A stretch of 64,000 bases of DNA from assembly GCA_964227855.1 (NCBI GenBank), contig CAXQWT010000040.1, forward strand, positions 2,548 through 66,547. Direction: 5' to 3'. A model generated the notes under the pieces. The model saw only the letters and a list, made by a program, of their open reading frames with translations. It ran no database searches and had not been told where the DNA came from. This DNA is from Salipiger bermudensis (lineage in GTDB: Archaea; Thermoplasmatota; Poseidoniia; Poseidoniales; Poseidoniaceae). Both the position numbers and the translations under genes were made by a program. This document shows positions 49,754 through 59,001 of the stretch, piece after piece; the first letter of the stretch is position 1, and every line of letters starts with the position of its first letter.

Positions 49754-51223
49754 TCATTCTAAATCAGACAATTCGCCCTGTTCATTGACGAAAAGAAGTC
49801 GAATTGTGGAGGTTCTTCCTGATATTGCTAAGGGTGAACCAGAGATGGCGACAATGGTATCATGAGGGCGAATTTTCTTCTTTTCATACAGTTGCTTAAC
49901 CGCTTCAGCAACGGTAGAACGCGCACGTGATTGCTCCTCGACGATGAGGCACTCAACTCCGGGTAGAATCGTTGTGCGCCGAGCAGCTCGAATCCGGTTT
50001 GTCATGGCGTAAATTGGAATTCTCGGACGATGTGCAGCCATCAAACGTGCAGCATTCCCATGTTCGGTTCCTACAATGAGGTGCTTTGCGTCTGTTTCAC
50101 GAGCGATTTCAATCGCGGCCCCTGCAATAACTCGCGTTGAAACAAATGCTGCTAGGGCAGGAGGATCTGGCAATCCCTTTGTTGACCGCTCAACAGTTTC
50201 TGCAATTCGAGCCATTGTTTCCACTGCTTTTACCGGATGTTGCCCACCGGCGGTCTCTCCTGACAACATGACTGCGCTGACATGTTGGCGTATCGCAGTA
50301 GCAACATCCGTCACTTCAGCTCGAGTAGGTCTGGCATGATTGACCATGCTCTCCAACATCTGTGTGGCCACGACAACAGGTGTGCCACGTTGAAGACATG
50401 CTGACACGATTCGTTCCTGGGCGGCGGGAACTTCTTCGAGAGGTATTTCAACGCCCAAATCTCCTCGGGCGACCATGACGACATCAGCTGATTCAACAAT
50501 TGCAGTGAGGTCCTCAAGAGCAGCGGGATGTTCGATTTTTGCAACGATCCAAGTATGAACTCCGGCAGCTTGTATTCGCTCACGAGCAGGAAGCAAATCA
50601 GCAGCGCTTCGAACATAGGAGACCGCTACAAAATCTACATTTTGGGACAGTGCATGATCGAGACAATCAATGTCATGAGGTCCTACAGCAGGAAGTTTGA
50701 CCAGTGTTCGAGGGACGTTGATTCCCTTTCGCTCTGTTAGAATGCCACCGTCCTCAACCCGACAACGAACAATCTCGCCCTCGAAATCTGGTGCTGAGAG
50801 AACCTCGAGCCGGATGAGGCCATCTGAGAGAAGAACAGGATCACCTTTCTGAAGGTCTTTTGACAACCCGTCCCATTCAACGGGGAGGGTTTTGACCATC
50901 TCACCAAGGATGGTTGTACTTCGAGGTGGCAATCCTTCAGCGTATCCACAATGGAGATCAACAAGTTCACCTCGCAGCAACTCGACTTCGCCCTCAAACC
51001 GCCCTAGCCGAAGTTTCGGCCCTGGCAAATCGGCCAGTAATCCGATGTGCATGCCCGTTTTCGCTTCCGCACCTCGGATGTTCTGAATCGTTTGTTCCTT
51101 GCCCTCAAAATCACCGTGTGAATAATTGAGGCGAGCAATGTTCATGCCTGCTTGCATCATTTCTGCCAGCGTATCCACATTGTCGCTTGCAGGGCCAATC
51201 GTAGCAATAATTCGAGACCTCAT
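49754..51223 (-). CDS. pyk: Pyruvate kinase
   Basis: IIATIGPAS, ARLNYSHG, DLPGPKLR, AKIE, MVARGDLGVE, ATQMLESM and VMLSGETA. Confidence 0.95.
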   Translation of the reverse strand: MRSRIIATIGPASDNVDTLAEMMQAGMNIARLNYSHGDFEGKEQTIQNIRGAEAKTGMHIGLLADLPGPKLRLGRFEGEVELLRGELVDLHCGYAEGLPPRSTTILGEMVKTLPVEWDGLSKDLQKGDPVLLSDGLIRLEVLSAPDFEGEIVRCRVEDGGILTERKGINVPRTLVKLPAVGPHDIDCLDHALSQNVDFVAVSYVRSAADLLPARERIQAAGVHTWIVAKIEHPAALEDLTAIVESADVVMVARGDLGVEIPLEEVPAAQERIVSACLQRGTPVVVATQMLESMVNHARPTRAEVTDVATAIRQHVSAVMLSGETAGGQHPVKAVETMARIAETVERSTKGLPDPPALAAFVSTRVIAGAAIEIARETDAKHLIVGTEHGNAARLMAAHRPRIPIYAMTNRIRAARRTTILPGVECLIVEEQSRARSTVAEAVKQLYEKKKIRPHDTIVAISGSPLAISGRTSTIRLLFVNEQGELSDLE

Positions 51224-51377
51224 ATGTCGCCCTCATTCACCCATGCATACACGTCATCCATAGTCCTTCCATTGAAAACGGTGTATTCAATCAACGTTCA
51301 GAACCTTGCGAAATAAGCGGATAACGAGCGAAGACTCAAACCATTGATGCGTTCAAGCATACGTTAAGGGGAACAAA

Positions 51378-53696
51378 ATGGACGATAAGAAAGACCAACT
51401 TCTTCGACAAGAAGCCCTTGACTATCATGAGGAATCGCCTCAAGGAAAAATCAAGGTTGTACCAACAAAACCCCACTCAACCGCCCACGAACTTTCGCTT
51501 GCATATTCACCAGGGGTAGCCTATCCCTGCCTTGAGATTGCAAAACGTCCTGAGGATGCCTACAGATATACTTCGAAAGGAAATCTGGTCGCCGTCATTT
51601 CCAACGGAACAGCCGTTCTTGGCCTTGGAAACATTGGGGCACTTGCAAGCAAGCCGGTTATGGAAGGGAAGGGTTTGTTGCTCAAAACCTTCGCAGATAT
51701 CGACGTTTTTGACATTGAAATTGATGTGACCGATCCTGAAGAATTCATACAGACGGTCGTCAACATTTCCAAGACCTTTGGAGGAATCAATCTTGAGGAC
51801 ATCAAAGCCCCTGAATGTTTTGAAATCGAACGCCGAATTGCAGAGGCAACAAATATTCCCGTCATGCACGATGATCAGCATGGTACTGCGATAATATCTG
51901 GGGCGGCGTTGTTGAATGCAGTTGAATTACAAGAAAAGCAATTGGATCAAATCTCGGTCGTCGTCGTAGGGGCTGGGGCCTCAGCCTTTGCATGCGCAGA
52001 ACACTATGTTGCACTTGGTGTCCAACGTTCGAACATCAAGATGGTTGATTCTCAAGGGATTATCACGAAAGCACGTCTAGACCGTGGGGAACTAAATCAA
52101 TACAAGGCGAAGTTTGCTGCTGATTGTGAAGATGGGCAACTTATTGATGCCATGAAGGGAGCTGATGTCCTTCTCGGCCTTTCCAAAGGAGGTTTGGTTT
52201 CACAAGAGATGGTTGCAGCAATGGCGGATAAACCGATTCTGTTCGCTTTGGCGAATCCTACCCCAGAAATCATGCCGGAAGAGATTCTTGAAGTGCGTAA
52301 CGATGCCATCATCGCAACAGGACGCTCGGACTATCCAAACCAAGTCAACAATGTTCTTGGATTCCCGTACATTTTCCGAGGTGCACTTGACGTGCGGGCA
52401 CGTGACATCACTCAAAACATGAAGATGGCAGCCACGCGCTCACTTGCTGAACTTGCAAAGGAACCGGTCCCAGACTACATTTCAGCTGCCTATGATGGGG
52501 CGACAATGGAGTACGGACCAGAGTACATTATTCCTAAACCATTTGATCGTCGAGTACTGATTTGGGAGGCTTCGGCGGTCGCCCAAGCCGCTGTTGATGA
52601 GGGCATTGCATCGGTTACGAGCGAAGAATTCTCACTGCAATCATACCGAGAAGATTTGGAAGCACGTTTGGGCATGACCTATTCTATCATGCGGAGCATT
52701 ATCAATCAAGTCCGACGTCGCAACAAGCGCATTGTCTTCCCTGAAGGTGACAATGAGAAGGTGATTCGTGCTGCGGCTCAACTGGCAGAACAGAAAATTT
52801 GCAAGCCAATCTTACTCGGTCCGGTCGATCGTATTGCTCGAATGATGGAAGAAATGCACTTCACCTTCGACTACGAATGTTACGATCCACGTTTCGATGA
52901 ACGTCGCAAAGGTGCCTATACGGATGCATTGTTTGAACGAAGAAAACGAAAAGGCGTGACAAAGGTGGATGCTGCACGATTGCTGAAAAGCCGTCCATAT
53001 TTCGCAAGTCAGATGGTCGAAGCTGGCGATGCAGATGGCTTTGTTGGAGGCGTCAGTCGAAACTACAGCGACGTCCTACGTCCCGTATTGGAAACCATTG
53101 GAGCCTCTGATGATGCACACTGCCTCATCGGCTGTTACATGGTTACGGTCAAAGGAAAGATTCTGTTCCTTGCTGATGCGACAGTGAACGTTTATCCAGA
53201 CAGCAGGACACTTGCTGAAATCGCGGTTCAAACAGCAAAGGTCGCTCGTAGATTCGGGGTTGATCCAAAGGTTGCTATGCTCTCCTTTTCCAACTTTGGA
53301 AGTACACGTGCGCAGCGTAGTGATCGGATTGAAGAGGCGGTTGAAATGGCCCGCATACTCGACCCAACTTTGGTCATAGACGGGCCAATGCAAGCAGATA
53401 CTGCTCTGGACTCAAACGTTCAGAAGGAATATCCATTCATGGAATTCACAGGTCCAGCAAATGTCCTTGTTCTACCAAATTTGGCGTCTGCGAACATTGT
53501 TTACAAGATGCTTGAACAACTTGCAGATGCTGAAATGACCGGGCCAATTCTTGAGGGAATGAAACATCCAGTCCAACTCGTAGCCCGTCAAGACGGCGTT
53601 CGCCACATCGTTAACATGGCAGCAATTTGTGTTGCTGACTCGATGAGAAAGGATTCCTATTGGGAAACACTAGCCAACAGTTCATCTGATTCTTGA
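51378..53696 (+). CDS. maeB: NADP-dependent malic enzyme with phosphotransacetylase-like domain
   Basis: SLAYSPGVA, VMEGKG, INLEDIKAPECF, HDDQHGT and ATGRSDYPNQVNN; C-terminal IVFPEG...SFSNFGS...DGPMQAD. Confidence 0.95.
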   Translation: MDDKKDQLLRQEALDYHEESPQGKIKVVPTKPHSTAHELSLAYSPGVAYPCLEIAKRPEDAYRYTSKGNLVAVISNGTAVLGLGNIGALASKPVMEGKGLLLKTFADIDVFDIEIDVTDPEEFIQTVVNISKTFGGINLEDIKAPECFEIERRIAEATNIPVMHDDQHGTAIISGAALLNAVELQEKQLDQISVVVVGAGASAFACAEHYVALGVQRSNIKMVDSQGIITKARLDRGELNQYKAKFAADCEDGQLIDAMKGADVLLGLSKGGLVSQEMVAAMADKPILFALANPTPEIMPEEILEVRNDAIIATGRSDYPNQVNNVLGFPYIFRGALDVRARDITQNMKMAATRSLAELAKEPVPDYISAAYDGATMEYGPEYIIPKPFDRRVLIWEASAVAQAAVDEGIASVTSEEFSLQSYREDLEARLGMTYSIMRSIINQVRRRNKRIVFPEGDNEKVIRAAAQLAEQKICKPILLGPVDRIARMMEEMHFTFDYECYDPRFDERRKGAYTDALFERRKRKGVTKVDAARLLKSRPYFASQMVEAGDADGFVGGVSRNYSDVLRPVLETIGASDDAHCLIGCYMVTVKGKILFLADATVNVYPDSRTLAEIAVQTAKVARRFGVDPKVAMLSFSNFGSTRAQRSDRIEEAVEMARILDPTLVIDGPMQADTALDSNVQKEYPFMEFTGPANVLVLPNLASANIVYKMLEQLADAEMTGPILEGMKHPVQLVARQDGVRHIVNMAAICVADSMRKDSYWETLANSSSDS

Positions 53697-54520
53697 AGCC
53701 CTTCTTCGTATGGAATCGAAGGTCGCCGTGGCCGCCAAATGGCCCCCGTTACAAACCCAGCAACAAGACCACCAAACAAGAGATTAGCCCAACCATCGAT
53801 GGCATAGGATCCAAAGCCTCGAATCACTGGAATCAAAAATGATGGAATGACCCCCAATATCGTCGTCCAAACAACTTCAGTTCGAAGGTTGCCAATGACA
53901 TCAGCACTCATGGGCACGCGTCGTGCTGGTTCGTTTCGTTTCGGTGAAAGAACAAACCTTAGCACAGTGTTGGGAAGAGGTCGATCGACTGGGATGTTTG
54001 ATGTTGCGTATGTCTCTGTTTTCCGAGGATGCATCTCAACAGCAAGCCGGTGATGCTGAAGCGGTCCATCTGTCTCGTTAGGTCTTGGGCGTCCATCCAT
54101 CATGCCTCCGCGGTGGCTCGTAGCGGCGGCATCACTGAGTATTTCGACGACACCTGGTTCAAGTTCGATGGAGGGAAAAGCATGACTCCACTCAGGAAAC
54201 GATGGCAATCGCGCTTCTAATGAAGCATCCATATTCATTGAATTGAATTCTGATTGAATCGTTGTTTGAAGTGATTGAATCTCGTCAACTGTAAGTCCAA
54301 TCATCGGTTCATTTGCATGTTCAGGCTGCTCAGATTCTGCCAGCAATTGTGCGACTTGGCCACGGGTCAGTGGTTTCTGCAAGATGTAGAACGATGGAAG
54401 TCGAACCTCATACCGGGGACGTTGGCTGGCGTAGATCCATCCACCTTTGGCGCTTCCAAGCCATGAACTTCCAGAAGCGATAGGAATGAATTCGAGTCCA
54501 CTGATACTGATGCTTTCCAC
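53657..54520 (-). CDS. Degenerate FGE-sulfatase (SUMF1/EgtB-like) domain membrane protein
   Basis: FIPIASGSSWLGS, RPRYEVRLPSFYI and ARLPSFPEW resemble the FGE-domain N-terminal motifs; two C-terminal TMs. Confidence 0.6.
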   Translation of the reverse strand: MESISISGLEFIPIASGSSWLGSAKGGWIYASQRPRYEVRLPSFYILQKPLTRGQVAQLLAESEQPEHANEPMIGLTVDEIQSLQTTIQSEFNSMNMDASLEARLPSFPEWSHAFPSIELEPGVVEILSDAAATSHRGGMMDGRPRPNETDGPLQHHRLAVEMHPRKTETYATSNIPVDRPLPNTVLRFVLSPKRNEPARRVPMSADVIGNLRTEVVWTTILGVIPSFLIPVIRGFGSYAIDGWANLLFGGLVAGFVTGAIWRPRRPSIPYEEGLQESDELLASVSQ

Positions 54521-54524
54521 GAAA

Positions 54525-55214
54525 TCACTTCAGTTGTTGTTCCATTAATCTGTACCACTTCATGCCCACTTCATGCTCCTCGAGCAATTTGAATTGCTTG
54601 AACGGCGAAATCGATCGCATGTAGCCAAAGGCAGCGAAGTCGACAAGGTTTGGCTCTTGTCCCCCAAAGAAGGATTGACCGTCAAATGAAGCGGTGTAAT
54701 CGGTCAGTAAATCGTGCCAGAGTTTTTTTGGTGTTCGCCCGTCTTTCTTTACTCGTTTTCGAGCAATGATGCCCCACATGATTGGAAAGCCCGCCCATGC
54801 ATAGAGCCTTCGGGAAATGAATCCAAATTTTTCTAGTTTTGAGACGCGGCGTGTAGTGCTTAGTGCGGATCCTAATGATCCGTACAAAATCGGAATGGTT
54901 GCACGTTTCCAAGCCTCATCAACGTGAGAAAGCATTGCATCGTATCGCTCGCTACCGCTGTCTTTGGAAAGGGAACTGTTGTTGTATTTCTCATCGATGT
55001 AATACATGATCGGAGTTGAGTCCACAACTACTTCACCGTCATTATCGGTGAAAACAGGAACCTTGTTCCATCCGTTGGTGAAAGAGAGCTCCTTCTTTGT
55101 ACGCATCGCATTGACCTGGACTTCGCGAACGTCGAGTCCTAGATGTTCGACGAGTCCACGTACTTTCCATGAGAACGGACAGGTTTGCAGCACGTGCAAG
55201 GTTGCTTGGCTCAT
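54525..55214 (-). CDS. Glutathione S-transferase-like protein, prostaglandin E synthase 2-like
   Basis: TCPFSWKVR, KVPV, VDSTPI and FFGGQEPNLVDFAAFG. Confidence 0.75.
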   Translation of the reverse strand: MSQATLHVLQTCPFSWKVRGLVEHLGLDVREVQVNAMRTKKELSFTNGWNKVPVFTDNDGEVVVDSTPIMYYIDEKYNNSSLSKDSGSERYDAMLSHVDEAWKRATIPILYGSLGSALSTTRRVSKLEKFGFISRRLYAWAGFPIMWGIIARKRVKKDGRTPKKLWHDLLTDYTASFDGQSFFGGQEPNLVDFAAFGYMRSISPFKQFKLLEEHEVGMKWYRLMEQQLK

Positions 55215-55240
55215 GGTGGTCCCCAATTGAATGACCTTCT

Positions 55241-55576
55241 TCAATCCTCGTTAACGTCTTGGTCAGGCCGCCAACCGGGTTTCCAAAATTCATCATCGTC
55301 TAACCATCCCACCCATTCATCATCCGCACATGCAAGCAAGCGGTAAGCCCGGCTTTCGAGACCTTCACGATTGTATTCTGGCAACGTACCTTCAGTAAAG
55401 GCTTGATGCCAATGAACCTGCATTTGTCGAATTTCTCTTCGTGCTCCTTCCGGATTATCGAAGTTCATTTCGCAGACATCGCGCAACTCTGAAAGCCACT
55501 GCCGCGTATCCTTGCGAAGAGGATCATCAATCCGATGCTTAGGGGTTGATTTCCTCTTAAACGGCCACCAACCCAT
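55241..55576 (-). CDS. Hypothetical protein
   Basis: 111-aa Trp-rich ORF filling the gap, co-oriented with the downstream GST-like gene. Confidence 0.7.
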   Translation of the reverse strand: MGWWPFKRKSTPKHRIDDPLRKDTRQWLSELRDVCEMNFDNPEGARREIRQMQVHWHQAFTEGTLPEYNREGLESRAYRLLACADDEWVGWLDDDEFWKPGWRPDQDVNED

Positions 55577-55647
55577 AACAGTACTTTCAGTCCCTATGCT
55601 TTCATCTTTCGCATGAAGATGAAAAACACGAACGCATTCGGGACTTC

Positions 55648-56070
55648 ATGGGGCGAATGCATCTTCATCTCCACGGTCGTTTGAAAGACCCCTCTCTCAA
55701 ATCACTCGCAGAGACGTATCAAGCTCGATTGCAAAATTCTGGACTTACCGTTCATACACATACGGATGAGTTACCAAAATATCTAACCAAACTCGAATCA
55801 ATGAAAGGACAATTGTTCCTCCTTGATGAACGAGGATCGACGTACACTTCTGTTGGTTTTGCAGAACGAGTTCAATCATGGACTCTTCTATCATCGGATA
55901 CCCACGTTGCCATCGGTCCCGCAGAGGGTTGGCAAAATCTTGGACAGCATCTGCCCAGAATTTCGCTGTCTGACATGACCTTTCCGCATGAATTTGCAGC
56001 AGTGCTTTTCCTTGAACAATTGTACAGGGCTTTTCAAATCAACAAGGGAACATCCTATCACAAGGCTTGA
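55648..56070 (+). CDS. rlmH: 23S rRNA pseudouridine-1915 N3-methyltransferase (SPOUT)
   Basis: LLDERG..YTS..FA, IGPAEG, ISLSDMTFPHE and EQLYRAFQI..GTSYHK. Confidence 0.88.
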   Translation: MGRMHLHLHGRLKDPSLKSLAETYQARLQNSGLTVHTHTDELPKYLTKLESMKGQLFLLDERGSTYTSVGFAERVQSWTLLSSDTHVAIGPAEGWQNLGQHLPRISLSDMTFPHEFAAVLFLEQLYRAFQINKGTSYHKA

Positions 56071-56106
56071 GCGAATCCTAATCAATAGCGAGATGGAGGC
56101 TTAATC

Positions 56107-56877
56107 ATGGCCGTCCCATTCGGAGATGAGGCAAGTTTGCGTTGGATTCTTATCGCATTCGAATTCTTCATTGGAATTGCTCTTGTTTACAACAGCAAGA
56201 ATCAACCATTTCCACGGCCAAGCGCTCGATTTGGGTGGCTCGTCATCCTTCTTGCATCTCTGGTTCTCATTGGTCAAGCTGCACCGAAACCGATGACAAT
56301 CTTCGCACATTTCGTGATGCTTTCCGGACTTGGTGGTTTCGGATTGGTTGCTGGCGTCTATCAACTTGCACAAACCCAGCGAGATGTTTTGGTAGCTCCA
56401 TATTCAGGGATGATGTTCTGCGTTGGAGTTGTAGGTCTCATGGTTTCTACATGGGACGATCTCTCGAAAGTTGAACAATGGGCAGGATTTCTCACCATTG
56501 TCATCTTGGGTGGTGGAGAAACATGGCTCATCTTCCGTGGATTGTTGATTGGTAAACTACCGCGTGCATGGTCTCAAGCAGGAATGGTCGCGCTCATGCA
56601 GGGCCGACTTACAGGGCGAAACGGGGCTATCGAATGCTTTGAGAAGGGATGGGATGCTGACGAAGAGCATCTCAATCCAATGGCATATGTAGCATTACAT
56701 CGCATTCATCTGTTCTTGGGGCAAGATGAAGAGGCCCAAACATGGAAAACTTATCTTGATCGAGAAGGCGGTGAAACAGCCGTTGCCCATGAATACATAC
56801 GCGCCATTCATGACGCTCTGACGGATCTTGATTCACAGGCCGCTGAACGACTTCCCGCCTTATCAGAAGAAGAGTGA
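56107..56877 (+). CDS. Membrane protein (5 TM) with C-terminal TPR-like helices
   Basis: Hydrophobic N-terminal ~145 aa, then helical AWSQAG...AIECFEK; GGAGG SD. Confidence 0.7.
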   Translation: MAVPFGDEASLRWILIAFEFFIGIALVYNSKNQPFPRPSARFGWLVILLASLVLIGQAAPKPMTIFAHFVMLSGLGGFGLVAGVYQLAQTQRDVLVAPYSGMMFCVGVVGLMVSTWDDLSKVEQWAGFLTIVILGGGETWLIFRGLLIGKLPRAWSQAGMVALMQGRLTGRNGAIECFEKGWDADEEHLNPMAYVALHRIHLFLGQDEEAQTWKTYLDREGGETAVAHEYIRAIHDALTDLDSQAAERLPALSEEE

Positions 56878-56963
56878 CCGGGTTCGGGAACTTGTTTCCA
56901 GAATCTTTCACATTCTACGCAAAAACGAGATAATTTAAAGAACATAAACGTTGATTATATTAC

Positions 56964-57221
56964 ATGAACAAGCAAATTCCAGTTAAAATCTTCTTTTGGA
57001 TGGTCATGAGTTGGTCTGCTGCTAATGTCTTCGCGCAGGCCCTTTACATGGGATTCAACGGTGTTCCATTTGATGGAATCGCAATGATTGACTCCTTAGG
57101 GAACTGGTATTATTTGCTTGTTGTTGTTGAAGTTGCTGTTTGGATGTATGTGGCAATGTACTTTGGAAAGCGCTTCATCTCAAAATTGAATTCGCCCACG
57201 CAAATTCAAGTGAACCATTGA
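56964..57221 (+). CDS. Small two-TM membrane protein
   Basis: 85-aa ORF with two TMs; ATTTAAA TATA-like box ~25-30 bp upstream. Confidence 0.7.
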   Translation: MNKQIPVKIFFWMVMSWSAANVFAQALYMGFNGVPFDGIAMIDSLGNWYYLLVVVEVAVWMYVAMYFGKRFISKLNSPTQIQVNH

Positions 57222-57284
57222 AATTGGGTCCTTGCATCGTTTTCATCCGATGAGATTAAGGGGTGCCATGAAGAACATGCCATC

Positions 57285-57767
57285 ATGTTCAATCTTGACA
57301 GAGAACCCTTGTTTTCTGGTCAACCGATGTTGGTGGACGATTTGAGTGAAGACGAAGTATGTCGCCTGGATATCGAAAACCTAAGTGTTCTCAGCATCGA
57401 TCAAGTCCGCGAAACTCTCCCAGATGTCGAGCGTCAACTATCAACGCTTCAGGCGATTGTCGACGAAGCTCATGATATGACTGAAGAAATCGAAATCCTT
57501 CTCGAAACTCTCCCTCCGGAGCATCCGCATGTTGTTGAGATGTCTGAATTACTTGGGGGGCTGGTCGCACATTGGCAGCAAACCATTGCCAGGATTGAAC
57601 GTCACGGCGCTCGTGTTGCAGGATTAGACCCAGGGCGAATTGAATGGTATGGGGTTGTTGATAATCATCTCATGTTGTATTCTTGGACATCTGGAGAATC
57701 CGATATTGAATGGTACTATGGCCTCGATGAAGGCTTCTCGTCCCGAAAACCACTCATAGAAGCATAA
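57285..57767 (+). CDS. DUF2203 family protein
   Basis: QVRETLP, GARVAGLDPGRIEW, LYSW..GE..IEWYY and GFSSRKPL match the DUF2203 pattern. Confidence 0.75.
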   Translation: MFNLDREPLFSGQPMLVDDLSEDEVCRLDIENLSVLSIDQVRETLPDVERQLSTLQAIVDEAHDMTEEIEILLETLPPEHPHVVEMSELLGGLVAHWQQTIARIERHGARVAGLDPGRIEWYGVVDNHLMLYSWTSGESDIEWYYGLDEGFSSRKPLIEA

Positions 57768-57791
57768 CTTCCCAGGAACATAGGGGAGCGC

Positions 57792-58490
57792 ATGGTTCGA
57801 ATCGACCGAGTTCATACAGGTGGCGGTGATAAGGGAGAATCCTCCCTTGTCGATGGTAGTCGACGTTTGAAATCGGATTTGCGTTTCTCCGTCGTTGGCG
57901 ACTGTGATGAATTGAATTCAATCATTGGATTGGTACGGATGGAAAGCTCACGGGTTCCAATGCACCATCGAGATGGCGGAGACCGTAAAGGAGCAGGGCG
58001 CGTCCACTTCATCTGTGATACTGCCTTGTCACGCATTCAGCATGAACTGTTCGATCTTGGTGCAGAGTTGGCTTGTCCGCCCGAGAATCTCCCTGAGTAC
58101 ATGGTCTTGATTAACGAAAATCAAGCGGATACCTTGGTTTCAGATATGGATGCATGGCTGACTCAAGTCGAACCTTTGACGTCGTTTATCCTTCCCGCAG
58201 GAGGGCCTCCTCAAGCCGTTCTCCATCATGCAAGAACCGTTGCTCGAAGACTTGAACGCGGTATCGTCAAACTCCGTGAACATGAGGGTGAACAGTCTGT
58301 ACGCCCACTTGTTCTTACCTATGTCAATCGCCTTTCAGACTGGTTGTTTGTTTTAGGCAGGTGGATTACCGCAGTACTTGGAGAGGAAGAAATGCTTTGG
58401 CTCCCTCTTGGCAAGCGCGGAAAGGAAGATGGTATTGCGAGTTCAATTCTACGGCAAGCAGAACACGATTCAGATTTTGACAACATCTAA
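57792..58490 (+). CDS. pduO: ATP:cob(I)alamin adenosyltransferase, PduO type
   Basis: HTGGGDKGES, GDCDELNS, QHELFDLGAELA, FILP, ARTVARRLER and YVNRLSDWLF. Confidence 0.92.
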   Translation: MVRIDRVHTGGGDKGESSLVDGSRRLKSDLRFSVVGDCDELNSIIGLVRMESSRVPMHHRDGGDRKGAGRVHFICDTALSRIQHELFDLGAELACPPENLPEYMVLINENQADTLVSDMDAWLTQVEPLTSFILPAGGPPQAVLHHARTVARRLERGIVKLREHEGEQSVRPLVLTYVNRLSDWLFVLGRWITAVLGEEEMLWLPLGKRGKEDGIASSILRQAEHDSDFDNI

Positions 58491-58891
58491 TTCGTCGACT
58501 TGATTTTATCCCATGCGCGTCGTACAACGTTACGGGTCTCATCATGCGTCAACTGTGCTAGTGCCTGTTCCCAATCCAGCCACAAATGATCTCGATGTTC
58601 GTGCGAAAGTGTAACATCGAGAGATTCTGTTTCAGCAAGGAACCAGAACACTTCCTTCTCCCGTTTTCTGCCTTTATGACGGTAGGTGTAAGCAGTACGC
58701 TCGACAAACTCTTCGTCGAAAGTGAGTTCGGTAATTCCAGTCTCTTCTGCTAATTCACGACGAACGGTTGCGACATGGTCCACGTCAGTATCCTCGACGT
58801 GGCCTTTCGGTAAATCCCAATGACCTTGCGGATATTGAAGCAGCAAGATACTATCGATGTTGACCAGAACGACGCCGCAAGAAGTCTCCAC
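58487..58891 (-). CDS. Nudix hydrolase, bis(5'-nucleosyl)-tetraphosphatase (Ap4A hydrolase)-like
   Basis: SCGVV, GHWDLPKGHVE...RRELAEETGI Nudix box and LSHEH. GTG start at 58891. Confidence 0.85.
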   Translation of the reverse strand: METSCGVVLVNIDSILLLQYPQGHWDLPKGHVEDTDVDHVATVRRELAEETGITELTFDEEFVERTAYTYRHKGRKREKEVFWFLAETESLDVTLSHEHRDHLWLDWEQALAQLTHDETRNVVRRAWDKIKSTN

Positions 58892-59001
58892 CTCATCCCC
58901 TCTTATTGCCCCTGTCAGGAGTATGGTTTGATATCTTCGCGTACCGTGTTTGCCCAAGAGATTCAATATACGTCGAATTTGGAGGCATGGATGTGACGGA
59001 C

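Noticed and set aside
51266..51278. TTCCATTGAAAAC as a mini-ORB
   Set aside because: Spacing is wrong, there is no G-string, and it lies in a metabolic promoter region.
56878..56963. GGTTCG-containing AT-rich gap as a tRNA or ORB
   Set aside because: No cloverleaf can be formed, and CTGGAAACAAG on the minus strand lacks the TCCA and G-string; it looks like an ordinary promoter.
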